64,000 bases of DNA from an uncultured bacterium (GCA_965652425.1 CBFGVX010000004.1:3078-67077), one strand, 5' to 3'; numbered from the stretch's first letter, positions 1-10,476 are shown. The notes: generated from the sequence alone by a model not told the origin. Translations and numbers: made by a program.

Positions 1-1
1 G

Positions 2-1099
2 ATGCTCGCCGCGGCGGACCTGCAGCGCCCGGCGGCCATCGACCAGCTCTCGACGGTGGTCGACACGGTCAACACCGAGATCACGAGTGGCCCGCCGGTG
101 AGGTTCTACGGCGAGCACGACAAGGCCGCCGAGTACGGCAAGGCCGTAGGCGTGGCGGTCAAAGTCTGCCAGAACGCGCTGACCGAGGCGCGCAAGCAGG
201 GCATCGACACGCTGATTCTGGATACCGCCGGCCGCCTGCACATCAACGACGATCTGATGACCGAGCTGCGCGCCGTGAACAAGGCGCTGAACCCCCACCA
301 GATCCTGCTGGTGACCGACGCGATGACCGGCCAGGACGCGGTGAACTCGGCCAAAGCCTTCCACGAGCAGCTCTCGATCGACGGCGTGATCCTCACCAAG
401 TTCGACTCGGACACGCGCGGCGGCGCTGCGCTGACCGTACGCAAGGTCACGGGCGCGCCGATCAAGTTCATCGGCACCGGCGAGCATGTCGACGCGATCG
501 AGGAGTTCCACGCCGACCGGATCGCATCGCGGATTCTTGGCATGGGTGATGTGGTGTCGCTGGTCGAGAAGGCGCAGCAGGAAGTCAGCGAAGAGGAAGC
601 CGAGGAGATGGCCGCGAAGATGGCCAAGGGCGAGCTGACGATGGACGACTTTCTGAAGCAGCTGCGCACGCTGCGCCGGATGGGCTCGATGAAGCAGCTG
701 CTCGGCATGCTGCCGGGCGTGGGCTCGATGCTCAAGGATGTGCAGATCGACGACAAGCAGTTCGACCGCGTCGAGGGCATGGTGAACTCCATGACCCCCG
801 CCGAGCGGAAGAATGTCAAGAAGCTCGATCAGTCCCGGCGCAAGCGGATCGCGGCGGGCTCGGGCACGAAGGCCGAGGATGTCTCGCGCCTCACCAAGCA
901 GTTCGACATGATCTCGAAGATGAGCAAGCAGATGTCCGGCGTCGGCACCAAGGGCAAGATCAGCGCGATGCGCGAGCTCCAGAAGGGCGGCGGCTCGCTG
1001 CCCGGCATGGAGGGCATGCCCATGATGCCCGGCGGGCGCGGCTCGACGAAAAGCAAGAGCCCGAAGCGCGGCTTCAAGCAGCGCAAGAAGCGTCGCTGA
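2..1099 (+). CDS. ffh: Signal recognition particle protein Ffh (5-prime truncated by window edge)
   Basis: The ORF is open from the window edge. It shows SRP54-type GTPase motifs ([24 protein letters not shown]), a Met-rich M domain ([17 protein letters not shown]) and a basic C-terminal tail. Confidence 0.95.
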   Translation: MLAAADLQRPAAIDQLSTVVDTVNTEITSGPPVRFYGEHDKAAEYGKAVGVAVKVCQNALTEARKQGIDTLILDTAGRLHINDDLMTELRAVNKALNPHQILLVTDAMTGQDAVNSAKAFHEQLSIDGVILTKFDSDTRGGAALTVRKVTGAPIKFIGTGEHVDAIEEFHADRIASRILGMGDVVSLVEKAQQEVSEEEAEEMAAKMAKGELTMDDFLKQLRTLRRMGSMKQLLGMLPGVGSMLKDVQIDDKQFDRVEGMVNSMTPAERKNVKKLDQSRRKRIAAGSGTKAEDVSRLTKQFDMISKMSKQMSGVGTKGKISAMRELQKGGGSLPGMEGMPMMPGGRGSTKSKSPKRGFKQRKKRR

Positions 1100-1110
1100 A
1101 TCGTTACTGC

Positions 1111-2595
1111 TCAGTCCGAATCGCCGTCGTCCGGCCCGGCCCCCCCGCCGATCGGGAGCGGGTCGGCGGCGTTGCCCTCGGCCCAGTCGCGGAACTTGGG
1201 CCAGACGATCTCGCGGATGAGGATCTTGATGCACGCCGCGACCGGGATCGCGACCAGCAGGCCGTAGAACCCGGCGAGGATGCCACCCGCGAGCGAGGCG
1301 AAGAGGACCGTCGGCGTGTCGAGGCCGGTGGACTTGCCCTGGATGAGCGGGGTGAGGACATAATCGTCGGCGGCCTGCCCGATCATGTACACGCCGATGG
1401 GCGCCAGAACGATCCACCACCACTGCGCCCGGAAGGTGTCGGCGGTGGACGGATCGACCGCGAGGAGCATCAGCACGATCGAGATCGGGATGCCCACGAG
1501 CGCCAGGTACGGCACGATCGAAAGCACGCCCACGGCGACGCCGAGGATGATCGCGGCGGGCGTGCCGATGATCAGGTAGCCGACCGAGAAGATCACGCAC
1601 TGGATGAGCATGATGGTCAGCCGGCCGCGCACGAACCCGGCGATGACCGCGTCCATCTGGCTGAGCAAGTCGACCGCGCGCCCCTGGCGACGCTCGGGGA
1701 TGAGACTGAACCAGAACGCCCGGACCCGCCCCCACCCGGTGCAGATGAAGAAGAAGAAGAACGCGGTCAGGAAGACCATGAACCCGAGCGAGAACAGCGA
1801 GACGATGGTCGCCGCGATCCAGACCAGAAGGTCAAGCCCGCTGCTGGAGAGCCGCTGCGCGATCATCCCTCGGTTCTCAGTGACCCAGTCGCTGACCTGC
1901 TCGAACAAGCCGTAGATCAGCGTGGCCTCGGCGGGCGGGATGAGTTCTGAGTCGGACGCTTCGTCGTCTGGTTCGTCCTCGACCCGGTCAGTGTCATCAG
2001 GTTGGTCAGAGGGCGCATCATTGGCATCCCCCCCCTGCCGGTTCTCCGATTCGGGGAGGGGGTTCATGCCCTGCTCCCGGCGCTGCCGCACCCGTTCGGC
2101 GGATTCGCGGATTTCAACGAGTTGGGTCGCGAGCCCCTGCCAGAACTGGCCCGGCAGACGGTCGAGTTCTTCCTCGGTCGCGCCTTTGCTGACCACATCG
2201 TCGAGGACGATGATGTTCTCGGTCAGTCGCGAGATGGTGGAGATCCCCTGCCGGGCGGCGAACGCACCGCCGACAATCGCGGGGACGATCACGACGACCA
2301 CCACCAGCACGATGATCCCCGCCGCGGCCCCCTGCCGACTGATCCACGAGACCCTGGTCACGCGCTGGACGAGCGGTTCGACCAGGTAGGCGATGAGCAT
2401 CGCTAAGAGCAGCGGCACCGTCACGACCGAGAGTTTGGCACCGAGCCAGAAGAACAGGAACACCGCGAAGAGCACGAGCAGGTCGCGCACCGGCTGGATC
2501 TGCCAGATGTGGCGGTTCGCGAGGTCGCGAAGCGAGTCGCGCCGGGAATCGGGCTTCGGGGATTCACTCATGGGCGCAGAGAATAGCACGCCCAC
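1111..2595 (-). CDS. AI-2E family transporter (PerM/UPF0118-like membrane protein)
   Basis: Multiple hydrophobic helices and a C-terminal signature (VLTPLIQGKSTGLDTPTVLFASLAGG..LLVAIPVAA) typical of the AI-2E/PerM family. It contains an acidic low-complexity insert (DANDAPSDQPDDTDRVEDEPDDEASD). The start could instead be the Met at 2571. Confidence 0.8.
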   Translation of the reverse strand: MGVLFSAPMSESPKPDSRRDSLRDLANRHIWQIQPVRDLLVLFAVFLFFWLGAKLSVVTVPLLLAMLIAYLVEPLVQRVTRVSWISRQGAAAGIIVLVVVVVIVPAIVGGAFAARQGISTISRLTENIIVLDDVVSKGATEEELDRLPGQFWQGLATQLVEIRESAERVRQRREQGMNPLPESENRQGGDANDAPSDQPDDTDRVEDEPDDEASDSELIPPAEATLIYGLFEQVSDWVTENRGMIAQRLSSSGLDLLVWIAATIVSLFSLGFMVFLTAFFFFFICTGWGRVRAFWFSLIPERRQGRAVDLLSQMDAVIAGFVRGRLTIMLIQCVIFSVGYLIIGTPAAIILGVAVGVLSIVPYLALVGIPISIVLMLLAVDPSTADTFRAQWWWIVLAPIGVYMIGQAADDYVLTPLIQGKSTGLDTPTVLFASLAGGILAGFYGLLVAIPVAACIKILIREIVWPKFRDWAEGNAADPLPIGGGAGPDDGDSD

Positions 2596-2639
2596 GCGGA
2601 GGTGGGTGTCCGGATCACGCCGCGGCGGGACGGGTCAGA

Positions 2640-3032
2640 TCAGCAGAGTTCGTGGGTGGAGCCGAAGACTTCGGGGAAGTCGTAAACATTCTGGAAGTCA
2701 GCGATGGAGTCCTGATCGGTCTTGCGGAGCAGCCCCGCCTCGATCATCGCGAAGACGATCTTGCCGAAGTCCTCAGTGCGCCGGATGTTCCACGAGTTGA
2801 GGACGGTCAGAGCGAGCAGGCCGTACTGCTGCTGGGCGTAGTCGCGCAGGCCGAGGCAGAGTTCCTGACCGGTGACATGGCGGGAGCCGTCGGTCGGGCC
2901 GTCCTCATCGATGGTGTAGAGCCGGTCGCAGGTGTGACGCAGACCTTCCTGAACGAAAATGAACGCCTGAGGCGGGTACGGCCCGGCGTGCTCACGCAGT
3001 CTGCTCCAGAGGATGTCGATTTCACTGCTCAT
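2640..3032 (-). CDS. Conserved small cytoplasmic protein resembling the Minf_1886 family of PVC bacteria
   Basis: The ORF runs 2640-3104, and I chose the internal ATG at 3032 (MSSEIDILW...). The sequence (HVTGQELCLGLRDYAQQQYGLLALTVLNSWNIRRTEDFGKIVFAMIEAGLL) matches my memory of this family. No search was run. Confidence 0.55.
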   Translation of the reverse strand: MSSEIDILWSRLREHAGPYPPQAFIFVQEGLRHTCDRLYTIDEDGPTDGSRHVTGQELCLGLRDYAQQQYGLLALTVLNSWNIRRTEDFGKIVFAMIEAGLLRKTDQDSIADFQNVYDFPEVFGSTHELC

Positions 3033-3142
3033 GCTTGGTTGTACCGTGAACGGCCACCATCGGCCTCGAAATGATATCGGCAGAACCGCACGGGACAACT
3101 TCAAATCGCATATTTATGGCTTTCAGGCCGGATTCGGAGGCC

Positions 3143-4642
3143 TCAAGCGTAGGAATGCAGGGAGGGCAGGAGCAGGTTGACCCCGAAGTAAGTCCAGAGC
3201 ATCGCGAGCAGCCCGAGCAGGTGCAGCAGCGCGACCACCACCGGGCGACGGTGGGCCGCCAGTTTCGACGCGGGGATATGCACCATGGTCAGGTACACGA
3301 GCCATGTGATGAGCGCCCATGTCTCTTTCGGATCAAAGGCCCACCAGCGCCCCCACGCCCGGTCTGCCCAGACCGCGCCGAGCAGGATGCCGAGGCCCAG
3401 CACCCAGAACACCCAAAAGCCGATGCCGACCTGAAGGCGATGGAGCGAAGAAACCTGCTCGAGCGATGCGCCCCGAGATCGCCTGTACAGCACCGCCCCA
3501 CTCACTCCGGCCCCGAGCAGGATCAGCGCGTACCCGGCGAGGATCGTGAGCACATGATATTTGAGGATCGCCGTGGACGAGAGGATGCCCGCTTCGAGTT
3601 CGAGCACACGGCCGGGTACATCGAGCCATTCCGCTGCCGCGAGCATTGCGGCACTCATCAACGCGCCGATTGAAACGAGCGTGGCATTCGGGTGTCGCGC
3701 GGTGTACACCAGCACGCCCATCGTCACCAGGGCAGCAACCGCCAGCATGGACTCGTAATGATTCTGGATCGGGACGCGATCCAGCACGAGCGCACGGACG
3801 GTCATCGCGCTGAGGTGGACGAGCAGCCCCAGCAGCATGATTGCGCGAGCCCAACCTGTGCCGGATATCACCATCGAGAGCATCGCAGCCAGGGCGTAGA
3901 GCACGATCGCGACCGTGAGGGGGTGGGCTCGTGCGAGGGTCAGCTCGGCTTTGAGTTTCAGCGGCTTGATCCCCAAGGCCGCCTGCGATTCGGTGAGCCG
4001 ACGAGCGATGGTCGCGATGGACTCGTTGATGATCGGTGCATCACCCGCCATCCACGCGGCACGGAGCCGATCGAATGCTGCGGCAAGCTCGGAATCGCTG
4101 ACCTTATCGCAAGTGAGCCATTCCTCCTTGGCGCTCGCCGGAGGCACGACGCGAAACTCCTCGGCGGCAAAGACCAGCAGCATCAGCCGTGCTTCGAGAA
4201 CCGCATCCTCGCCGGTGCGCTCGGCATCGGCTTCATTCGACGCAACCCCGAACGCCAAATCACTCAGAGCATCGCCCGCCAGACGCGGGGACGATCGTCC
4301 GCGCGAAGCGACTTCGCACCATTCGAGCGCCCGCTCCGGAACCAGCACACACTCGAGCAGCAGCGCGATCGGATCGATTTCGCGTTGTTGGATCCGCATC
4401 GGGCTTGTGCCGTGGAGATCGGTCGTGAAATCGGAAGCAAACCCGGCGAGGGGAACCACCCTCCCCCCCTGCTGGATGCCGATGTGCCGCAGCGGGGATG
4501 TGTCCACACGATCGAGAAAGTCCGGCACCCCCCCACCGGCGTTGAGAGTCGAGCACAGGATGAAGATGAGGAATGCGAACCGCTTCAAGGCATCGCTCCT
4601 TTCGAGGATCGCCCTCGACGAAGCCGTATCAGCATCGAACAA
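3143..4642 (-). CDS. ccsA: Cytochrome c biogenesis protein CcsA/ResC (system II heme handling)
   Basis: Trp-rich WWD-type motif (GAVWADRAWGRWWAFDPKETWALITWLVY) and many TM helices, located directly downstream of a ResB-like gene. An alternative TTG start at 4588 would overlap the resB stop as TTGA. Confidence 0.85.
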   Translation of the reverse strand: MFDADTASSRAILERSDALKRFAFLIFILCSTLNAGGGVPDFLDRVDTSPLRHIGIQQGGRVVPLAGFASDFTTDLHGTSPMRIQQREIDPIALLLECVLVPERALEWCEVASRGRSSPRLAGDALSDLAFGVASNEADAERTGEDAVLEARLMLLVFAAEEFRVVPPASAKEEWLTCDKVSDSELAAAFDRLRAAWMAGDAPIINESIATIARRLTESQAALGIKPLKLKAELTLARAHPLTVAIVLYALAAMLSMVISGTGWARAIMLLGLLVHLSAMTVRALVLDRVPIQNHYESMLAVAALVTMGVLVYTARHPNATLVSIGALMSAAMLAAAEWLDVPGRVLELEAGILSSTAILKYHVLTILAGYALILLGAGVSGAVLYRRSRGASLEQVSSLHRLQVGIGFWVFWVLGLGILLGAVWADRAWGRWWAFDPKETWALITWLVYLTMVHIPASKLAAHRRPVVVALLHLLGLLAMLWTYFGVNLLLPSLHSYA

Positions 4643-6513
4643 CCCGCGCCGAGCAGTATGAGCACGCCACCCGCCATAGCGGTATCAACGCCCTCCCGAG
4701 CGTTTATGGACAGGATGACGAACCGTGTCCCTTCGAAGCGAGAGTCGGTGTCCGAACGCACCCCCTCCCACCCGTGCGAATCCCACCCGATCAGAGACAA
4801 CTGGACCCGTCGGTCGCGCCCGTTGATTCTCATCCTGGTCCGCACCGGGTCGTTCAGACTCAGCGTGCGGATTTCGGAGTCGGACCCACGCAGAAATTCG
4901 AGTTCGATCCGAAAGTCCTTGGGGATGCTCCCGCGGCGAAACAGTTCGGCCTCAAAGCCTCGGTACACGACCTTCAGATCGGTCACTTCGAGTGTCGCTG
5001 GCCGGTACACCCACGACTCACCTTCAGTTGCAGCAGACTGATCCTCGAAGGCGATCCACGATCCATCGCCTTCTGATACCGCCGGATCGGCGATGCGAAC
5101 CAGAGAACCGAGTCTGGGATCGGCCAGAAGCTGAGCGTCCTCGACCAGCGGCAGTCGCTCCAGAACGGAGCGGATCGTCGACTGGGGCAAAAATGCTTTG
5201 ATCTCGACCCTCGTCATCGGACTCAGTTGCAGCACTTCTCCGTCTGTCAATGCGGGACCGGACTGCACTCCTGCCCGGTGGAAGTGAGCCCAGCCGTTCG
5301 GCGAGAGCAGGACTGCGTTTGCCTGCACATCCATGAAGGTCGCTTCGATGCCGACGGGGAGCGGTGCAAGACGCAATTCATCCTGCGATGCTGCTTGGGA
5401 ATACATCCCGGATCCCGTCGGGTCCCAGGAAGGTGCGAAGATGATCGTGGATAGAAATCCCGGACCAACCAATCTCAGGTTGGCCGTGCGACCATTCTCA
5501 AGAAAATCCGAAGTATCGAGGAACTCGGCGCGCCATTCACCATCGGGTGTTTGCAGGGCGGCGGTTTGACCGGGCACAGCTCGAAGCCACAACGGCTTTG
5601 ATGCCCCTTGAATGTCGATGCGAACCGATCCTCCTTGTCCTTGACCTGACGAACTCTCGAACCCGGCCTCGAGCAGTTCGATCGGATCGAAGCGACCTCT
5701 GAGGGCCAGCACCACGGTCCCGTCGGTCAACATCGCTCGCGCCCGGTCGGTGCCGTCCGCCACCAATGCCAGCGACCTCGTTTCGCCGCTGCGCAGCCGC
5801 TCGTTGAACTGCCAGCCGGGTGCGCCCGCATCCTCCGTCGGTGACAATCGCGGGCTCAGCCGGGCCGAGTGGGCGTACCCGGTCACGACCGCGCCGCTCG
5901 GCAGTTCGATGGACCGTGTTTCGCTCGCCCACGGCGTGCCGAAATCAGCGTATCGGGGCAGTCGAGTTCCCACTCGCGTCCGAGCGGGGTCCATGCCGGG
6001 CTTGCCAATGACCGTCCCGAGTCGATCGATCGCGGTCGAGGCGGGTTCATCGGCGAACGCCGCCATTGTGGCGTTCAATGTGCTGAGCGATGCGACCGCA
6101 GAACCGATCGCGAGGACTATGACTCCGGCATGCGTGATCAGGACGCCGGACTTTCGCCACTCCCAGCGGATCCGCAGGATTGTGGCGAGCGCCATGTTCA
6201 GGACAACTCCGGTCAAGAGTGCCGCAAACAAGGGTGTTGCAAAGTATTCACGCTCACGCAGATCGATCCATGGGAGGTGGCGCGCGGTCCGGGAGGGGTG
6301 CCAGTCCTGCCCACCCAGCCGATCGAACAGCGGCCCGAGAGGGATACTCCCCAGCGCGGCGTAGATCGCGATGAGCGCGAGCAGCACGAGGCCGAGCTTG
6401 ACGCTGCCGAGCTGCAGAAGCATCCGGTGCCACCACACTGGTCGGGCCGCACGCGTCGCAGAACGCCGGATTGGCTGATCATCCGAACAGGATGTTTCAG
6501 GAGGATTGGACAT
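4585..6513 (-). CDS. ccsB: Cytochrome c biogenesis protein ResB/Ccs1 (CcsB)
   Basis: N-terminal ResB-like segment (LGSVKLGLVLLALIAIYAALGSIP), a large periplasmic middle region and a C-terminal TM helix. Its position immediately upstream of ccsA is the canonical system II pairing. Confidence 0.75.
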   Translation of the reverse strand: MSNPPETSCSDDQPIRRSATRAARPVWWHRMLLQLGSVKLGLVLLALIAIYAALGSIPLGPLFDRLGGQDWHPSRTARHLPWIDLREREYFATPLFAALLTGVVLNMALATILRIRWEWRKSGVLITHAGVIVLAIGSAVASLSTLNATMAAFADEPASTAIDRLGTVIGKPGMDPARTRVGTRLPRYADFGTPWASETRSIELPSGAVVTGYAHSARLSPRLSPTEDAGAPGWQFNERLRSGETRSLALVADGTDRARAMLTDGTVVLALRGRFDPIELLEAGFESSSGQGQGGSVRIDIQGASKPLWLRAVPGQTAALQTPDGEWRAEFLDTSDFLENGRTANLRLVGPGFLSTIIFAPSWDPTGSGMYSQAASQDELRLAPLPVGIEATFMDVQANAVLLSPNGWAHFHRAGVQSGPALTDGEVLQLSPMTRVEIKAFLPQSTIRSVLERLPLVEDAQLLADPRLGSLVRIADPAVSEGDGSWIAFEDQSAATEGESWVYRPATLEVTDLKVVYRGFEAELFRRGSIPKDFRIELEFLRGSDSEIRTLSLNDPVRTRMRINGRDRRVQLSLIGWDSHGWEGVRSDTDSRFEGTRFVILSINAREGVDTAMAGGVLILLGAGCSMLIRLRRGRSSKGAMP

Positions 6514-6516
6514 GGA

Positions 6517-7848
6517 TCACCCGCTTTGACGCACCAGGACCGCAGGGTGTTCAGATGCCATCAGACTCAATGCGATCGCCTTTTCCGATGGGAGTGATCC
6601 GGCGGCGTCTATCTTGACCAGCGAGAGGCCATAGAGATGACGCGGCAGCCCGTCGGGAGAAAGCGAGAAACCGCTCCGATCCAGCCCCAATGCCACTCCT
6701 CCCCTCCATGTTGCCATTCCCAAGGCGGTCTCGGCATCGAGCCCGTCTCGCGACACGAGCAGCCGGGCTTCATCGAGCGTCGAGAGGCGGTCGGCCTGGG
6801 CCTCGGGGAGATTGATCACCGAGTCGGTCCCGAGCACGACATTGATCCCGGCATCGAGCATCTCCCGGTATCGGTGCGGCCCGAAGACCTCCTCTTGACG
6901 GAAGTACGCGCTGGCGCGCGGGCAATAGGCGACCGTCGTACGTGTCGATTCAAGCGTACGGATGTCCTCGTCGCTGGCGTTATTGACATGAGCCGCGATG
7001 GTACGAGAGTCAGCCAGTATTTCCCGCAGGTGGCCCGCGGGGGATGCGCCCCTCCCGAAATCTTTCGCGCAGGTTTCGTCCCACACCCCGATCTGCTCCA
7101 GCCAATCCCGTTGGAGACCATCACCCGTCGCGACGATCTGCCGCTCCTCGGGAGTCTCCGCGAGGTGGGTCATCATCGGCACGCCGCGATGTCCGCATCG
7201 GCGCGCGCAATCGTGATACACACGGAGCCCGACGGAGTACGGCGCGTGGGGCTGCCAGGTCCAGTTCATGCCCTTGGCCTGTTGCCGGATCATCTCTGCC
7301 TGCTCGGTCAGGCCACCGAGCATCTCGATGACCCGGTTCTGACGATTTCCCAGTCCGAACACCTCGATCCCGCAGATTCCGATGAGGCGGGTCTGGCTGA
7401 GCGCCCGGTACGCGTCGATCCCGAATACGCCGGCGATATCCCCTACCGCGACGACGCCTCCGGCCAAAGAACGGGCCGCGCCTTCGCGCACCGATGCCGC
7501 GATGTGCTCCGGATCGGATGGACGCTCGGCACGGATCGTGTCCACCCAATCCAGAAAGGTACGCCCCCTTGGAAACGGTCGGGGTCCGATATGTGTGAGG
7601 TCGAGGTGGGTGTGGGCGTTCACGAGCCCCGGGATGAGCACCCGGTCCTGTGCGTGGATCTCGACTGGGGAGGCCTGGGACGCGAGCGCCGGATGAGATC
7701 CGACTTCCTCGGCGGTCCCGATGGCCAGAAGGTCCATCGCTGGGAATTCGGCATCCGATGCGGATACCAGCGCGGAGCACGAACCCATCCGGGTTCCGGC
7801 ACCATCAACCGCTCCCGCAGCATGTATGAGTACCAACCGCTCTCGCAC
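6517..7848 (-). CDS. Amidohydrolase family protein (chlorohydrolase / MtaD / aminofutalosine-deaminase-like)
   Basis: Metal-binding motif PGLVNAHTHLDL, a later HLAET motif and a C-terminal GTDS motif typical of the amidohydrolase superfamily. The start is uncertain: in-frame candidates are GTG 7848 (VRERLVLIHAAG), ATG 7788 and ATG 8025. The 752-aa track ORF is over-extended upstream. Confidence 0.75.
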   Translation of the reverse strand: MRERLVLIHAAGAVDGAGTRMGSCSALVSASDAEFPAMDLLAIGTAEEVGSHPALASQASPVEIHAQDRVLIPGLVNAHTHLDLTHIGPRPFPRGRTFLDWVDTIRAERPSDPEHIAASVREGAARSLAGGVVAVGDIAGVFGIDAYRALSQTRLIGICGIEVFGLGNRQNRVIEMLGGLTEQAEMIRQQAKGMNWTWQPHAPYSVGLRVYHDCARRCGHRGVPMMTHLAETPEERQIVATGDGLQRDWLEQIGVWDETCAKDFGRGASPAGHLREILADSRTIAAHVNNASDEDIRTLESTRTTVAYCPRASAYFRQEEVFGPHRYREMLDAGINVVLGTDSVINLPEAQADRLSTLDEARLLVSRDGLDAETALGMATWRGGVALGLDRSGFSLSPDGLPRHLYGLSLVKIDAAGSLPSEKAIALSLMASEHPAVLVRQSG

Positions 7849-8058
7849 AAAAAGCCCATTCCGAACGAGGAAATATGTCGGTCCAGCCGGATTCACGCCC
7901 CAGAAAGGCAGAAGCCGATAGTCCCTGAGTCGAAGCCATCGGGGGCCGGAATGCCCCCATGCCGCTCGAACATGGTATTCTTTTGGACAGCCCGGCGTAT
8001 TTTCGGACTCTGCCGGGATCCACATTCCACCGACTTCGATCGCAGTGAGGCGAACCGC

Positions 8059-8952
8059 ATGCGTCAATTCAGGATTTCCGGAACCGCTCCTCGTCTCGGT
8101 CTGACGGCCGTCGTCCTCGGAATGGCCGGGCTGTCGCTCGGCGGCTGCGTCGCTCAGGGCGAATACGACACCACGACCACCATGGTGGATTCCCTGGAAG
8201 CTCAGAACGCCCGCCTCCTGCAGGAGAAGCAGACTGCCGAGAGCATCGCGTCTCGGAGAGCCGAACGGATCGGCGAGCTTGAAGCGGCGGTCGCCGCCAA
8301 GGATCGCCAGATCGGCGATCTCAGCACGCGTCTGGACGGCCTGACCCGGAACCTCGGCGATCTGGAAGGTCGCTTGGGCAATGTGAATGTCGGCCCCGCG
8401 CTCGATGCCCAGACCGACCTCGCTCTTCGCCAGCTCGCGGCTCGCTATCCCGATTTGCTCCAGTACGACGCCCAGAAGGGCATGATCCGGGTCGCCAGCG
8501 ACCTGACTTTTAACTCCGGCTCCGATTCGCTTCGCGATGGTGCGCAGGAAGGCCTGCGCCAGCTCGCCCGGGCTCTCAGCGGCGACTCCGCCTCCGGATA
8601 CGCGCTGCGAGTCGTAGGTCACACCGACAACCAGCCCATCTCGAACCCTGCGACCCGTCAGCGATTCGCCAACAACCGGATCCTGTCTGTGTTCCGAGCC
8701 ATCGCGGTTTCCGAAGCCCTGCAAGCGGCCGGGTTCCCGGCGGGCCGAATCGAAGTTGCCGGCTGGGGCCCCCACCGCCCGACGGTTCGCAACAACCCGA
8801 CGGGCGGCACCGCCGCGAACCGCCGCGTCGAGATCTTTGTGGTCCCGATGACGGATGCCCCGCTCTCGGACGCGCCCGCCGAGTCTTCCGCGGGTCGGGA
8901 GATCCCGCAGAGACCCGCACCGACCTCGCCGGACGACTTCCCGATCAAGTGA
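8059..8952 (+). CDS. OmpA-family lipoprotein with N-terminal coiled coil (peptidoglycan-binding OmpA/MotB C-terminal domain)
   Basis: ATG at 8059 lies within the 771-aa track ORF. Signal peptide plus lipobox (LSLGGC), a heptad-like segment (LEAQNARLLQEKQ...LEGRLGN) and an OmpA_C signature (VVGHTDNQPI...NNRILSVFRAIAV...NRRVEIFVV). Confidence 0.85.
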   Translation: MRQFRISGTAPRLGLTAVVLGMAGLSLGGCVAQGEYDTTTTMVDSLEAQNARLLQEKQTAESIASRRAERIGELEAAVAAKDRQIGDLSTRLDGLTRNLGDLEGRLGNVNVGPALDAQTDLALRQLAARYPDLLQYDAQKGMIRVASDLTFNSGSDSLRDGAQEGLRQLARALSGDSASGYALRVVGHTDNQPISNPATRQRFANNRILSVFRAIAVSEALQAAGFPAGRIEVAGWGPHRPTVRNNPTGGTAANRRVEIFVVPMTDAPLSDAPAESSAGREIPQRPAPTSPDDFPIK

Positions 8953-9018
8953 TCGGAAACATCACCTGATTCCTGGTGGATGGTCGCCGCGTACTTCGGC
9001 GCGGAGTAAGGTAGCGTT

Positions 9019-9861
9019 GTGCCCAACGCCGCCCAGAGTTCACAATCCTCCTACCCTGGCGCACTCGCCCCGATCGCTGCGTTCGGAGCGAGACTTTCGA
9101 GTCTTTTTGAACGATTCGGCGCGTTCCTGCGATTCTCATGGAGCGTGCTGTTCGCAATCATGCGGCGGCCTGACTCATGGGGCCGCTGGTCGCGGCTGGC
9201 TCAGCAGCTCGACCTGATCGGTACTCGATCAGCACCGGTGCTCGCACTGACCGGTGTCTTCATCGGAGCGGTTCTGGCCATCGAGGGGTTCGATCAGTTC
9301 GCTCAATTCGGACTGGAGCAGCGGCTCGGGGCCGTGGTCAACATCTCTGTGGTCAAGCAGATCGGTCCGGTGCTGGCCGCGGTCATGCTCGCCGGGCGTG
9401 TGGGTTGCGCTCTGGCGGCGGAACTCGGATCCATGCGGGTCACGGATCAGCTCGACGCGATGCGGGTCATGGCGGCCGATCCGGTCCGCGTGCTTGTGGC
9501 ACCGAGAGTGGTGGCCTGCGTGGTCATGATCCCCGCCCTGACGGTCATCTCGAATCTCTGCGGAATCGCGGGCGGTTGGCTGATCATCGTCGGGGTAGAG
9601 GGCGTGGGCACGGACGCGTACTGGAAGTACACGGCTCAGTACATCGACTGGTGGGATGTGATGACCGGGCTGGTCAAGGCCATATTCTTCGCCCTCGCGA
9701 TCGGGTTGATCTCCTGCTTCAAGGGCTTCACCTGCCGAGCGGGAGCGCAGGGTGTCGGCCGCGCCACCACGGACGCGTTCGTCACCAGTTTCGTTGCGAT
9801 CGTGATCATCAACTTCGTCCTGGCGAAGCTGCTCAACGATCTCGAGGCATTCTTTCAGTGA
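9019..9861 (+). CDS. mlaE: MlaE-family ABC transporter permease
   Basis: GTG start. Motifs VVKQIGPVLAAVMLAGRVGCALAAELGSMRVTDQLDAMRVMAADP and C-terminal TM helices are typical of MlaE/Ttg2B. No mlaF or mlaD is adjacent. Confidence 0.85.
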   Translation: MPNAAQSSQSSYPGALAPIAAFGARLSSLFERFGAFLRFSWSVLFAIMRRPDSWGRWSRLAQQLDLIGTRSAPVLALTGVFIGAVLAIEGFDQFAQFGLEQRLGAVVNISVVKQIGPVLAAVMLAGRVGCALAAELGSMRVTDQLDAMRVMAADPVRVLVAPRVVACVVMIPALTVISNLCGIAGGWLIIVGVEGVGTDAYWKYTAQYIDWWDVMTGLVKAIFFALAIGLISCFKGFTCRAGAQGVGRATTDAFVTSFVAIVIINFVLAKLLNDLEAFFQ

Positions 9862-9870
9862 GCGAAGAGC

Positions 9871-10413
9871 TTACCCCTTCTTGCGATGGATCCCGGTCGC
9901 CCTGATCGTGAGCACACTCTGGTTCGGACGCGCATCGACCGTGCCGACCACGATGACTTCGTCCAGCGGCTCCAGCCCTGCCGAAGTCAGTTCCGAAGAG
10001 ACCGGGTTGCCGCTTTCGTCCACGACGATCACGGTGGCGATGTTGGCGGCGATGGTTTCTGGCGTTTCGCAGCAGTAGTCCCACGGGATGGAGCAGTGAT
10101 CGTCTTCTTTGTCAGCGCAGCTGGGGATGGAGGCATCCATCATCACGAAGGCGGGCGATCCCTCGGTCATCGGCTTGACGCGACCTCCGATGCGTCCGCG
10201 CAGGACGATCTGCTCTCCCTGCTGGGCGTTCTGCTTGGCCTCGCCGATCTCCCGCCACTCGCTCGGTGCGCTGGTGAGGACCCAGGCCGGGCTGCTCGGT
10301 GTGCCTGCTGTGGAACTCGATGACGAGGACTCGCTGGACCGCTCGTTTCCGCATGCGGTCAGCATGAGGCCCGAGAAGGCCACGACGACGAACGATGTCT
10401 TGATTAGCTTCAT
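9871..10413 (-). CDS. Lipoprotein with Cys4 cluster, last gene of the ABC exporter module
   Basis: Signal peptide and lipobox (LMLTAC), a Ser-rich linker, then beta-rich segments flanking SCADKEDDHCSIPWDYCCETPE. It lies 63 nt downstream of the second FtsX-like permease on the same strand. Confidence 0.6.
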   Translation of the reverse strand: MKLIKTSFVVVAFSGLMLTACGNERSSESSSSSSTAGTPSSPAWVLTSAPSEWREIGEAKQNAQQGEQIVLRGRIGGRVKPMTEGSPAFVMMDASIPSCADKEDDHCSIPWDYCCETPETIAANIATVIVVDESGNPVSSELTSAGLEPLDEVIVVGTVDARPNQSVLTIRATGIHRKKG

Positions 10414-10476
10414 ATGAATCTCCTTGAGGAATTGTCTACTACAACGGACATATGCCTGTGGAGAGTGCCACAGGGA

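Noticed and set aside
3692-5041. 449-aa plus-strand ORF
   Set aside because: It is antisense to ccsA and resB. The product is His/Arg/Asp-rich with no motif.
6637-8058. N-terminal 474 codons of the 771-aa plus-strand ORF
   Set aside because: This part is antisense to the amidohydrolase gene. Only the part from the ATG at 8059 shows a signal peptide, lipobox and OmpA_C domain.
8026-8775. Upstream part of the 752-aa minus-strand ORF
   Set aside because: It is antisense to the OmpA-family gene. The amidohydrolase homology begins only around 7848-8025.
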